Notes under the pieces: model-generated
Database searches by the model: none
What the model saw: the letters and a program-made list of their open reading frames with translations, nothing else
What the model was told of the DNA's origin: nothing
Part shown: positions 28,761 to 37,189 of the stretch, in pieces
Layout: every line of letters begins with the position of its first letter
How positions within the stretch are numbered: position 1 is the stretch's first letter
Assembly: GCA_038216465.1 (NCBI GenBank)
Contig: JBBQQC010000019.1
Coordinates: forward strand, 482-64,481
DNA length: 64,000 nt
Reading direction: 5' to 3'
From: Burkholderiales bacterium
GTDB lineage: Bacteria > Pseudomonadota > Gammaproteobacteria > Burkholderiales > Burkholderiaceae_F
Translations under genes and position numbers: made by a program

Positions 28761-29273
28761 TTGACCCCGAGCGATCTGATCAAACTGGGTGCGGTCCGAG
28801 GTGCTTACGGGTTAAGAGGCTGGATTCGTATTGCACCGTTCGCCGCCGATGGAGTTGTGCTTGAAAGCGTGCGCCGATGGTGGCTGCTCGGTGCCTCAGA
28901 ACCACGAGAGCTGAAGGTCGAAGAGGTTGCTCGGCGCGCAGAATTCATATTTGCCAAGTGGGCGGGTTGTGACAGCAAGGAAACCGCCGATGCGCTGAAG
29001 GGCGCGACGATCGCGGTAGCGCGCGGTGATTTTCCGGCCCTTGGCCCCGGCGAGATTTACTTGAATGATGTGGTTGGTTACCGCGTGGTCAACCGCGAAG
29101 GCGTTGCGCTGGGGACGGTTTCCGGTGTGCGGACCGGAGGAGCGACGCCCTGCCTTGAAGTTTTGGAGGAGGCGGGCGGCACGTCGGTATTGATTCCTTG
29201 GGTCGATTCGTACGTCGACGCGATCGAATACGACCGCCGGCAGATCAGGGTCGACTGGCACTGCGATTGGTGA
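28761..29273 (+). CDS. rimM: ribosome maturation factor RimM
   Basis: [22 protein letters not shown]... plus a C-terminal PRC-barrel region, in the position between rpsP and trmD. Start uncertain: TTG at 28761 after GGGGGAG, and the tracked ORF begins at TTG 28704 inside rpsP. Confidence 0.8.
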   Translation: MTPSDLIKLGAVRGAYGLRGWIRIAPFAADGVVLESVRRWWLLGASEPRELKVEEVARRAEFIFAKWAGCDSKETADALKGATIAVARGDFPALGPGEIYLNDVVGYRVVNREGVALGTVSGVRTGGATPCLEVLEEAGGTSVLIPWVDSYVDAIEYDRRQIRVDWHCDW

Positions 29274-29301
29274 TGCGAGTCTGGGAAGGCGAACTCTAGC
29301 A

Positions 29302-30084
29302 ATGCGGTTCGACGTAATCACGTTGTTTCCGGCGATGTTCTCGGCGGTGGTCGAGTATGGGATTACGCAGCGCGCGCACGGCGACGGACTTTGGTCGCTG
29401 CGCACATGGAACCCGCGTGATTTTGTGGCCGACGCGCACCGGACGGTGGACGATCGGCCGTTTGGGGGCGGACCCGGCATGGTGATGATGGCGCAACCGC
29501 TTGCGCAAGCGCTTGCCGCAGTAAAGAACGACGGCGGCGGGACCAAAGTTATAGCGCTGGCGCCCAACGGCGTTCCGCTCACCGACGCGCGCGTGCGTCA
29601 CCTCGCGCAGGCTAGCGAATCGCTGGCGCTCGTTTGCGGGCGGTACGAAGGAATCGACCAGCGATTTATTGATGGGTACGTCGATGACGTGGTGTCACTC
29701 GGTGATTTTGTGCTGTCCGGCGGCGAGATCGCGGCGATGGCATTGATTGATGCGATCGTGCGCCAGTTGCCCGGAGCACTAAAGGAGGCGTCGGCCGCCG
29801 ACGAGTCGTTTGCCGGAGGGTTGCTCGATTCCAAGCATTACACGCGACCCGAGAGCTGGCGGGGTATGGGTGTCCCGCCAGTACTGCTGTCGGGGCACCA
29901 TACGCAGATCGCCGAATGGCGCCGCCGCGAAGCGCTGCTTTGGACGGCACGGCAGCGCCCGGAGCTGATCGAACGCGCACGGGCCGCAGGGCAACTCAGC
30001 GCTGCCGATGAGAGACAATTACGCACGGCGCCGGAAGATGCGGCAGCCAGCGAAGTAGCACCGTTGAAATCAGCCATCCTCTGA
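29302..30084 (+). CDS. trmD: tRNA (guanine37-N1)-methyltransferase
   Basis: [13 protein letters not shown]...[13 protein letters not shown]...[15 protein letters not shown]...[11 protein letters not shown]. Confidence 0.95.
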   Translation: MRFDVITLFPAMFSAVVEYGITQRAHGDGLWSLRTWNPRDFVADAHRTVDDRPFGGGPGMVMMAQPLAQALAAVKNDGGGTKVIALAPNGVPLTDARVRHLAQASESLALVCGRYEGIDQRFIDGYVDDVVSLGDFVLSGGEIAAMALIDAIVRQLPGALKEASAADESFAGGLLDSKHYTRPESWRGMGVPPVLLSGHHTQIAEWRRREALLWTARQRPELIERARAAGQLSAADERQLRTAPEDAAASEVAPLKSAIL

Positions 30085-30143
30085 TGCGAGAGAAGAATGA
30101 GTGGCATGCAAGGCTCGCAGCACGATGGATTTAGGAGAATGAA

Positions 30144-30587
30144 GTGAACGTGATACAACAGTTAGAGCAGGAAGAGCTGGCGCGAGTCAGTGCCAACAGA
30201 GAAATACCTCCCTTCGCGCCAGGCGACTCGATCGTCGTCAACGTCAATGTCGTCGAAGGTACGCGCAAACGCGTGCAGGCGTACGAAGGCGTGGTAATCG
30301 GCCGCCGCAATCGCGGGCTGAATTCGTCGTTTGTCGTGCGCAAGGTGTCGAGCGGCGAAGGCGTCGAGCGCACGTTTCAGCTGTATTCGCCGACGATTGC
30401 CTCGATCGAAGTTAAGCGGCGCGGCGATGTGCGCCGGGCGAAGCTTTACTACCTGCGTGATCGCTCGGGCAAGTCGGCGCGGATCCGCGAAAAACTGCAG
30501 CACAGGAGCGCAGCGGATAAGTCTGCAGCGGACAAGACCGCGGCCGACGCCGTAGCCGCAGACAAGGCTCGAGCCGGCACCAAATAG
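30144..30587 (+). CDS. rplS: 50S ribosomal protein L19 with an Ala/Asp/Lys-rich C-terminal tail
   Basis: (V)[11 protein letters not shown]...[46 protein letters not shown]...ERTF. GTG start. The tail is [25 protein letters not shown]. Confidence 0.9.
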   Translation: MNVIQQLEQEELARVSANREIPPFAPGDSIVVNVNVVEGTRKRVQAYEGVVIGRRNRGLNSSFVVRKVSSGEGVERTFQLYSPTIASIEVKRRGDVRRAKLYYLRDRSGKSARIREKLQHRSAADKSAADKTAADAVAADKARAGTK

Positions 30588-30611
30588 TCCGCGCTCTGTT
30601 TGCACAGCGGG

Positions 30612-30638
30612 AAGCCGCCCCACACGGCGGCTTTTTTT
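30612..30638 (+). terminator. rho-independent terminator of the rpsP-rimM-trmD-rplS operon
   Basis: AGCCGCC - CCACAC loop - GGCGGCT, followed by a run of seven T. Confidence 0.7.
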
Positions 30639-30645
30639 CGCTGCG

Positions 30646-31389
30646 ATGAGCTCCAGCGGTAACGATGCCGACCCTTTGACCGTACGGCCGATCTTCGAGC
30701 CCGAATCGGTGCCGCACGACCCGGCTTTTGCCGCAGCCGAAGCGCGCGGCGCCGCCGTCGACCCCGGCGAGTTGCGCGTTGCCGCGCTCAGGCAGCGCTT
30801 TGCTCTGCCGCCGCTGTGGCAGCCCGAATTGCGTGCCGATGTGCGCCTGTTTTATCCGGAGCGGCGGCCGCGGATCGCGTCGGTGCTCGTGCCACTGATC
30901 GTGCACGACGACGGCGTGTGCGTGATGCTGACCGAACGCACGGCCCACTTGCACGATCATGGCGGACAGATCAGTTTCCCCGGCGGCGGCGTTGAAGAAA
31001 GCGACGCCGACGCGATTGCGACCGCGCTGCGCGAGACGTACGAAGAGATCGGTCTTCCTCCGGCGCAAGTCGACGTGATCGGTACGTTGCCCGAGTACGT
31101 CACGGCTACCGGCTACAAAGTGACGCCGGTGATCGGGTTGATAGAAACCCCCTTTGCGCCGGTGCTCGACACGTTCGAGGTGTCGGAAGTGTTCGAAGTA
31201 CCGCTCGCATTTCTGATGGATCCAATTAACCACGAGCGGCGGGTCCTTCAGCTGGACGGCATCGGCCGCACGTTCTACGCGATGCCGTATTCCCCGGCCG
31301 CCGCGGCGCGACGCCACTTCATTTGGGGCGCGACGGCTGCGATTCTGCGCAACCTGTATCAGTTCCTGCGCGCCGAGCGCGCCCACTAA
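30646..31389 (+). CDS. NUDIX hydrolase, CoA pyrophosphatase type (NudL-like)
   Basis: VMLTERTAHLHDHGGQISFPGGG matches the LLTxR...GxxxFPGG motif of CoA pyrophosphatases. Nudix box GGGVEESDADAIATALRETYEEIGL. Confidence 0.85.
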   Translation: MSSSGNDADPLTVRPIFEPESVPHDPAFAAAEARGAAVDPGELRVAALRQRFALPPLWQPELRADVRLFYPERRPRIASVLVPLIVHDDGVCVMLTERTAHLHDHGGQISFPGGGVEESDADAIATALRETYEEIGLPPAQVDVIGTLPEYVTATGYKVTPVIGLIETPFAPVLDTFEVSEVFEVPLAFLMDPINHERRVLQLDGIGRTFYAMPYSPAAAARRHFIWGATAAILRNLYQFLRAERAH

Positions 31390-31397
31390 GATCGCGC

Positions 31398-32363
31398 ATG
31401 GGCTGGCTATCGATCGTCATCACGCTGTTGCTCGAACAAGTGCGCCCGCTGCCGTCGGCGAACCCGGTCTACACCACGCTGCGCCAGATGTCCGCTTGGG
31501 TAGAGCGGAATTTGAACGCGGGACGTTGGCGGCACGGTGTGTATGCGTGGCTGCTAGTCGTCGTCGGCCTTGGACTCGCGGTCGGCGCCGTCTATTTGAT
31601 CGCGATTTCCGTGTACTGGGCTCTCGGCCTGGTGGTCAATGTCGCCGTGTTGTATTTCGCGCTGGGTTTTCGACAGTTCAGTCACCGAGGCACCGAGATT
31701 CAGATTGCGCTTGCCAACGGAGATTTGATTGCGGCACGCGGTGAGCTTACGGCCTGGAAGCGGCAGGTCGATCCGAGCTACAGCGCTGCCGACCTCGACC
31801 AGGATGAAGTCGTGCGGCAGACGATCGAGCACGGCCTAATGCTGTCGCAGCGGCATGTGTTCGGAGTTTTCTTCTGGTTCGTCGTGTTGCCCGGCCCGGT
31901 AGGCGCCGTCGCCTACCGGCTGGCGGAGCATGTATCGCGCGCCTGGAATCGGCCACCGCCGGTCGCAGCGCCGCCTGACCGTTTCGGCGAATTTGCGCGG
32001 CGCGCCTTCGCGTGGATCGATTGGGCGCCGGCACGGCTCACCGCGCTCGGCTTCGCGGTGGTCGGCGATTTCGAAGGCGCGATTTACTGCTGGCGCCAGG
32101 TGTCGCGCCAGCAAGCCGGCGCCGGCATGCCGGCGCCGGACTCACGCACGCTGATTCTCGCGGCCGCCAGCGGTGCGCTCAACCTGCGATTGATGCCGGC
32201 GGTCGAGAGCGCACGCTATTTCGATGAAGTGGGCAACGAAGGGGCCGGTCTGGCCGAGCCGCGCGCACCGGCGTTGCGTGCCGTCGTCGGTCTGGCATGG
32301 CGCACCTTGTTGCTCTGGTTGGCGCTGCTGCTGCTGCTAACGCTGGCTAGTCTGTTTGCCTAA
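31398..32363 (+). CDS. CobD/CbiB family membrane protein
   Basis: MGWLSIVITLLLEQVRPLP..., several membrane helices, size and synteny typical of the Burkholderia CobD/CbiB-like gene. Assignment is by resemblance only. Confidence 0.7.
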   Translation: MGWLSIVITLLLEQVRPLPSANPVYTTLRQMSAWVERNLNAGRWRHGVYAWLLVVVGLGLAVGAVYLIAISVYWALGLVVNVAVLYFALGFRQFSHRGTEIQIALANGDLIAARGELTAWKRQVDPSYSAADLDQDEVVRQTIEHGLMLSQRHVFGVFFWFVVLPGPVGAVAYRLAEHVSRAWNRPPPVAAPPDRFGEFARRAFAWIDWAPARLTALGFAVVGDFEGAIYCWRQVSRQQAGAGMPAPDSRTLILAAASGALNLRLMPAVESARYFDEVGNEGAGLAEPRAPALRAVVGLAWRTLLLWLALLLLLTLASLFA

Positions 32364-32671
32364 GGCGAAGGGCGCACCGCGCCGCACTGCCAGCAGCTGC
32401 CGAACTGCGGCTCCGAAGTTTCAGCGCACTGGGCGCATTGCCAATGCGGATCGTGCGACGGCTGCTGCAACTGATGCAATATCTCGCGTGCCTGCGTCTC
32501 GTCATGGTCGCGCTCGATCCAAACCTGCGGCGCGCATTCCAGAAACGGAATTTCGCCCAGGGCACCCGCCAGCGCCGTGTTGCGCAGCTGGCAGCGAATC
32601 CCGGCGGCGCGCAGCGTGTCGGCCCAGATCGATGCTTGCAAGGCATTGTCTGCACGCGCCAGCAATTTCAT
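32360..32671 (-). CDS. DUF2007-type small protein with a C-terminal CxxC...CxxC zinc-ribbon-like tail
   Basis: MKLLARADNALQASIWADTLRAAGIRCQL... is DUF2007-like. The tail is WQCAQCAETSEPQFGSCWQCG. The start overlaps the rsgA stop. Confidence 0.65.
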   Translation of the reverse strand: MKLLARADNALQASIWADTLRAAGIRCQLRNTALAGALGEIPFLECAPQVWIERDHDETQAREILHQLQQPSHDPHWQCAQCAETSEPQFGSCWQCGAVRPSP

Positions 32672-33579
32672 GCCAGCGCCGCCTTAGCAAGCGCCTGGTA
32701 GAAGTCATAGCGGTCGGTCGCGACGCCACCAGCTTCAAGCGCGGACCGAATTGCACATCCAGGTTCTTCCAGGTGCCGGCAATCCTGAAACCGGCAGCGG
32801 CCGAGGTCTGTGAACTCGGGAAAGGTTGCAGCGATATCGTCGTAGCGCAGGTGCGCCAACCCGAACTCCTCGAAGCCGGCGGTATCGACCAACGCGCTGT
32901 CGCCCTCGAGCGAAAACCAGCGAGACGCAGTTGTCGTCTGTTTGCCGGCGTTCAGGCGCTCGGAGAATTTCTGCGTGCGGGCGTGCGCATCGGGAATCAG
33001 CAAGTTCAGCAGGGTGGATTTTCCCATTCCTGATTGTCCGACCATCAGACTCTTGCGTCCCACCACCTCGCGCATTAACAGTGCTCGCGACTGCGCCGTC
33101 TGCACCTTCGCGGACAGCGCTAGCGTGCGCCAGCCAAGCTGCGAGATCTGGTGCAGGAAAGAGATTGCATCTTCGGCATCCGACAGATCAGCCTTGTTGC
33201 GTACTACCAGAGCATCGATGCCGGAGGCACCGGCAGCGACCAGCGCCTTCCAGATGAACCAACGGTTAAATGCGGGGCGTGCGGCGAAGACGATCATCAT
33301 CTGATCGACATTGGCGGCGAGCGCCTTGACGCGATACGCGTCGGTACGAAATAGGAGCGTCAAGCGCTGTTCGATCGATTCGATGCGAGCCTGCTCGGCC
33401 GATAAGACACTCGCGAGCACGCAGTCGCCGACGACGACGTCGCCGCGCCGGCCGCGCCGCGTCGCTTGCCGGACAACCATCCCATCATCGATCAACGATT
33501 GTCGCCCGAAGGTCGCGATCACCCGCGCGCGTACCTGCGCCGCATCTGCAACGCGGGCGCTGCGCGGCGAGCGCGTCAC
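32668..33579 (-). CDS. rsgA: ribosome small-subunit-dependent GTPase A
   Basis: Circularly permuted GTPase: VVRNKADL (NKxD) precedes GQSGMGKSTLLNLL (G1). C-terminal zinc motif CRFQDCRHLEEPGCA. Confidence 0.9.
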   Translation of the reverse strand: MTRSPRSARVADAAQVRARVIATFGRQSLIDDGMVVRQATRRGRRGDVVVGDCVLASVLSAEQARIESIEQRLTLLFRTDAYRVKALAANVDQMMIVFAARPAFNRWFIWKALVAAGASGIDALVVRNKADLSDAEDAISFLHQISQLGWRTLALSAKVQTAQSRALLMREVVGRKSLMVGQSGMGKSTLLNLLIPDAHARTQKFSERLNAGKQTTTASRWFSLEGDSALVDTAGFEEFGLAHLRYDDIAATFPEFTDLGRCRFQDCRHLEEPGCAIRSALEAGGVATDRYDFYQALAKAALA

Positions 33580-33923
33580 TTCGCGGCGTACCTTTGTGAG
33601 TACATCGCGTCGGCCTTCGCGGCGCTAATGAAATCGTTTTCGGAGATGCCGTTGACCGAATGCGTGTTGAACCGGACTTCGCAACGGTCGTACCCGATGC
33701 GCAATTCGGGATGATGATCTTCGCGATGTACGATGTAGGCAAGGGCGTTCACGAACGCCAGCGTCTCGTAATAGTTCTTGAAACGATACGACTTCGTCAG
33801 CGCACCGGCATCGAGCGTCCACTGATCCAGCGCTGCGAGCTGTGCGATTACCTCCGCTGTGCTCATCGCAGCACCCTTGAGTTCTCGGCAATGCGACCTT
33901 AATAGCTGCTCAACCGTCTTCAT
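33576..33923 (-). CDS. phhB: 4a-hydroxytetrahydrobiopterin (pterin-4-alpha-carbinolamine) dehydratase
   Basis: YRFKNYYETLAFVNALAYIVHREDHHPELRIGYDRCEVRFNTHS is the PCD family core (E-x-x-HHP). Confidence 0.85.
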   Translation of the reverse strand: MKTVEQLLRSHCRELKGAAMSTAEVIAQLAALDQWTLDAGALTKSYRFKNYYETLAFVNALAYIVHREDHHPELRIGYDRCEVRFNTHSVNGISENDFISAAKADAMYSQRYAAK

Positions 33924-33930
33924 GGGAGGG

Positions 33931-35187
33931 TCAGGACGTCTGCAGCAGGCGCTCTATGCGAATCGACGCCGGCGGGTGGCTGTCGTAAAACGCCGAGTGG
34001 ATCGGGTCCGGTGTCAGCGTCGACGCGTTGTCCTGGTACAGCTTAACCAGTGCGTTGACTAGATCACCCGCCGATGCGTTGCGCGCCGCGAACCGGTCGG
34101 CCTCGAATTCATGCTTGCGCGACACGATGCTGGCGAGCGGCGCAAACGCGAACGTGAATACCGGCAACACCAGCATGAATAGCACGAGTGCGACGCCTTG
34201 ATGGGCGCCGTCAGCCGACGGTTCGACGCCAAACGCCGTGAAGAACCACGGCTGCGTGACCAGCCATCCGAGCAGCGCCAAAACGGCGAGGCTGAGCAGA
34301 AACGAAAACGCAAGCCGCTTGGCGATGTGTTTCAGCTTGAAGTGTCCGAGCTCGTGCGCCAGCACGGCCTCGATCTCAGTCGGCAAGAGGCGCTCGATCA
34401 GCGTGTCGAAAAAAACGATTCGCTTGGCTCGCCCGAGGCCGGTGAAATAGGCGTTGCCGTGTGCCGAGCGGCGCGAGCCGTCCATCACGAAGACGCCCCT
34501 GCTTGCAAAGCCGGTTCGGTTCATCAGCGCTCCAATCCGCTCAGCCAGGGCCGAGTCGCGCAACGGCTCGAACTTGTTGAATATGGGCGCGATCAGCATC
34601 GGATAAAGCGACAGCACCAGCGCGTTGAACGCAATCCACAGCAGCCACACGTAGAACCACCACGCATCGCCGGCCTGCTGCATCAGCCAGATCGTCGTCG
34701 CAATCAACGGCAAGCCGAGTGCGGAAGCGACCGCCAGGGATTTTACGAGGTCGAGCACCCAGAGCCGAGGTGTCATTCGGTTGAAGCCGAAGCGCTGCTC
34801 GATTCGGAACTGGCGGATCCACGAAAACGGCAAGTCGATCACCGCGAGCAGCAGCACGATCGCGGCCACAACTGCGACCTGATAGGCCAGATTACCCGCG
34901 ATCGACGCGCGCAACGCATCGCTCACCCACTGCAGGCCTCCGAGCAACGTCAGTGCGATCAGCACCGCCGCGCCAACCGCTGTCTCAAGCATCCCGAGCC
35001 GGGTCTTTGCAACGGTGTAAGACGCAGCCTTGCGATGCGATTCAAGCGAAACGCGGTCGGCAAACTGCGCCGGCACGTGATGCGCGTGCTGGCTGACGTA
35101 GCGGATCTGACGCGTCGCGAGCCAATACCGAACGCCGATCATCAGCGACAAAAACAGCACGAACAGGCTGGTCAGCAACGAGGCCAT
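33931..35187 (-). CDS. M48 family (Ste24/HtpX-like) membrane metallopeptidase
   Basis: Multi-helix N-terminal half, HELGHFKLKH zinc motif and downstream EFEADRFA. Confidence 0.85.
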   Translation of the reverse strand: MASLLTSLFVLFLSLMIGVRYWLATRQIRYVSQHAHHVPAQFADRVSLESHRKAASYTVAKTRLGMLETAVGAAVLIALTLLGGLQWVSDALRASIAGNLAYQVAVVAAIVLLLAVIDLPFSWIRQFRIEQRFGFNRMTPRLWVLDLVKSLAVASALGLPLIATTIWLMQQAGDAWWFYVWLLWIAFNALVLSLYPMLIAPIFNKFEPLRDSALAERIGALMNRTGFASRGVFVMDGSRRSAHGNAYFTGLGRAKRIVFFDTLIERLLPTEIEAVLAHELGHFKLKHIAKRLAFSFLLSLAVLALLGWLVTQPWFFTAFGVEPSADGAHQGVALVLFMLVLPVFTFAFAPLASIVSRKHEFEADRFAARNASAGDLVNALVKLYQDNASTLTPDPIHSAFYDSHPPASIRIERLLQTS

Positions 35188-35305
35188 GGTGTGAATCGCA
35201 ACGATTGCGGCGGTGATCGAAAAAGCAAGGGGCGCATCTCATGCCAGAATCGCGCGCCGTTGGCTCAGCCTTCAGGATCAGCGAATCGGCAGTGTCGGAA
35301 AAATT

Positions 35306-35863
35306 ATGTCACAGCATGCGCGCTATTCAGAGATCAATCTGGTGTGGGTCGACATGGAAATGTCGGGACTCAACCCGGATTCCGATCGCGTGCTCGAAAT
35401 TGCGGTCGTCGTGACCGGGCCTGAACTCGACGTCATTGCGGAAGGCCCAGTATTGGTGGTGAAGCAGGCAGCCTGTGTGTTGACGGGCATGGATCGCTGG
35501 AACACCGCTACGCACGCCCGCTCCGGCCTGACCGACAAGGTTCGATCGTCCACGCTCGATGAGGAGCAGGCGAGCGGTCAGCTGATCGAATTCCTGCAGC
35601 CGCTCGTGCCCGCGGGCAAATCGCCGATGTGCGGCAACTCGATCTGTCAGGACCGGCGCTTCATGGCGCGCTGGATGCCGCGGCTGGAAGCGTTCTTTCA
35701 CTATCGCAACGTCGATGTCAGTACGCTGAAGGAGCTAGCGCGACGCTGGCGGCCCGAGGTGGTCCGGTCGTTCGAGAAGAAGAGTCGGCACGAAGCGCTG
35801 GCCGACATCTATGAATCGATCGAAGAACTGAAGCACTACCGCAAGGAAATGTTTCGCTCCTAA
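35306..35863 (+). CDS. orn: oligoribonuclease
   Basis: [27 protein letters not shown]...[16 protein letters not shown]...[13 protein letters not shown]...[18 protein letters not shown], the DEDDh motifs. Confidence 0.9.
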   Translation: MSQHARYSEINLVWVDMEMSGLNPDSDRVLEIAVVVTGPELDVIAEGPVLVVKQAACVLTGMDRWNTATHARSGLTDKVRSSTLDEEQASGQLIEFLQPLVPAGKSPMCGNSICQDRRFMARWMPRLEAFFHYRNVDVSTLKELARRWRPEVVRSFEKKSRHEALADIYESIEELKHYRKEMFRS

Positions 35864-35868
35864 GCGGA

Positions 35869-37053
35869 TCAGCGATCGCGCGCCGCTGTCTTCACATCGG
35901 CCTCATGCTCGGATTGCACCGCCGCCACCATGACCGCCGTGGCGGTCGCCGCTGCTGCTTCAGGCAATGCACTGTTGCGTGTGCTGATCCAGGCGCGGCC
36001 CAGCGAAAAGCCCAGCGCAAGCAGCACCGGGCCGAGGATGACGCCGATAAATCCGAACGCCAGCACGCCGCCGAGGACGCCGAGGAAGATCAACGCCAGC
36101 GACAGTGTCGAGCCGCGCGCAATCAGCAGTGGTTTGACAAAATTGTCGATACTGCTTATGGCCGCCGTGCCCCAGATCACCATGAAGAGCGCCCATCCGG
36201 TCTCGCCCTGCAGATAGAGCCAGATGGCGGCGCCTCCCCACAGCAGCACCGGTCCGACCGGCACGACCGACAAGATAAACGTACCGACGCTTAGTAGAAA
36301 CGCGCCCGGCACGCCCGCGATCAGAAAGCCGATATACGCAACGAGGGCTTGTGCTGCTGCAGTCCCCACGATACTGATGAACACGCTGCGCGTGGTACCC
36401 ACGACGATCGACAGCACTTCTTCGCTCATGTCGCCCGACAGGCGGCGCGAGATGCGGTGCGTCAGCTGCGCGATGCGCTCGCCGTCGCGGTAATAAAAGA
36501 AAACAATGAACGCTACCAGCAGCAGTTGTATCAGTCCGTCACCGAGCAGCCGTACGAAGGCAAGCGACAACCTGCCGACGGGCTCGAGCGCCCTCTGCAG
36601 CAGCGCCGCCGACTGCGAGCGGTCGGCCAACAGCGACGTCAGCGATTGATAGGCGCTTTCACCGAAGATCGGAATGCTCTTGATCTGCTCGGGAACCCGT
36701 AGTCCGTCCGCTTTCCATTCGCGAACCGCGGCGAACAGCGCCGGTAGATGGTTGCCTGCCGCGTCTGCGAGCAGCGCGATTGGCACGATCACCGTTACCA
36801 GTATCAGAAGCAGCATGACCGACGCGCTCAGTGTCGAGCTGCCACGCAAGCGAGCGCGCAGCCTTTCGTAGGCCGGCCACGTGGCAATCGCCAGCACGCC
36901 CGCCACCAGCAGCGCACTCAGGAACGGTTGAATGACCAGGTAGATGCCGACCACAACCAGCGCGGCGCCGGCAACGCGAAAAATAAGATCGAACCGGCCC
37001 TGCATTGAAGACCGTTCGACGCGCTGCGGGAGGAGATTCGGGGGCTCGGTCAT
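35869..37053 (-). CDS. AI-2E family transporter (PerM/YhhT-like permease)
   Basis: About 8 predicted hydrophobic helices. ISSIDNFVKPLLI and GVLGGVLAFGFIGVILGPVLLAL are typical of the family. Confidence 0.85.
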   Translation of the reverse strand: MTEPPNLLPQRVERSSMQGRFDLIFRVAGAALVVVGIYLVIQPFLSALLVAGVLAIATWPAYERLRARLRGSSTLSASVMLLLILVTVIVPIALLADAAGNHLPALFAAVREWKADGLRVPEQIKSIPIFGESAYQSLTSLLADRSQSAALLQRALEPVGRLSLAFVRLLGDGLIQLLLVAFIVFFYYRDGERIAQLTHRISRRLSGDMSEEVLSIVVGTTRSVFISIVGTAAAQALVAYIGFLIAGVPGAFLLSVGTFILSVVPVGPVLLWGGAAIWLYLQGETGWALFMVIWGTAAISSIDNFVKPLLIARGSTLSLALIFLGVLGGVLAFGFIGVILGPVLLALGFSLGRAWISTRNSALPEAAAATATAVMVAAVQSEHEADVKTAARDR

Positions 37054-37061
37054 CGCTTCGC

Positions 37062-37136
37062 TGGCCTCGCCGTCAGGAATCGAACCTGAATCCCACGCTT
37101 AGGAGGCATGTGCACTATCCATTGTGCTACGGCGAG
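37062..37136 (-). tRNA. tRNA-Arg (anticodon CCT), CCA encoded
   Basis: Minus-strand read CTCGCCG-TA-GCAC-AATGGATA-GTGC-A-CATGC-CTCCTAA-GCGTG-GGAT-TCAGG-TTCGATT-CCTGA-CGGCGAG-G-CCA folds as a 75-nt cloverleaf by hand. The first acceptor pair is C1:G72. Confidence 0.85.
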
Positions 37137-37189
37137 CGCGCGGCAGTATATCCAGCGTCTGACGTAGACTGCGCGCGCTTTTTGGAGAG

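Noticed and set aside
30480-30587. Repetitive DNA at the 3' end of rplS (AADK-type repeats)
   Set aside because: It is an in-frame low-complexity Ala/Asp/Lys tail of L19, imperfect at the nucleotide level and followed directly by the operon terminator. It is not a CRISPR array, a tandem repeat locus or a mobile-element end.
34198-35424. 408-aa plus-strand ORF
   Set aside because: It is antisense to the M48 peptidase gene and overlaps the true orn start. Its composition is Arg/Gln/His-rich nonsense.
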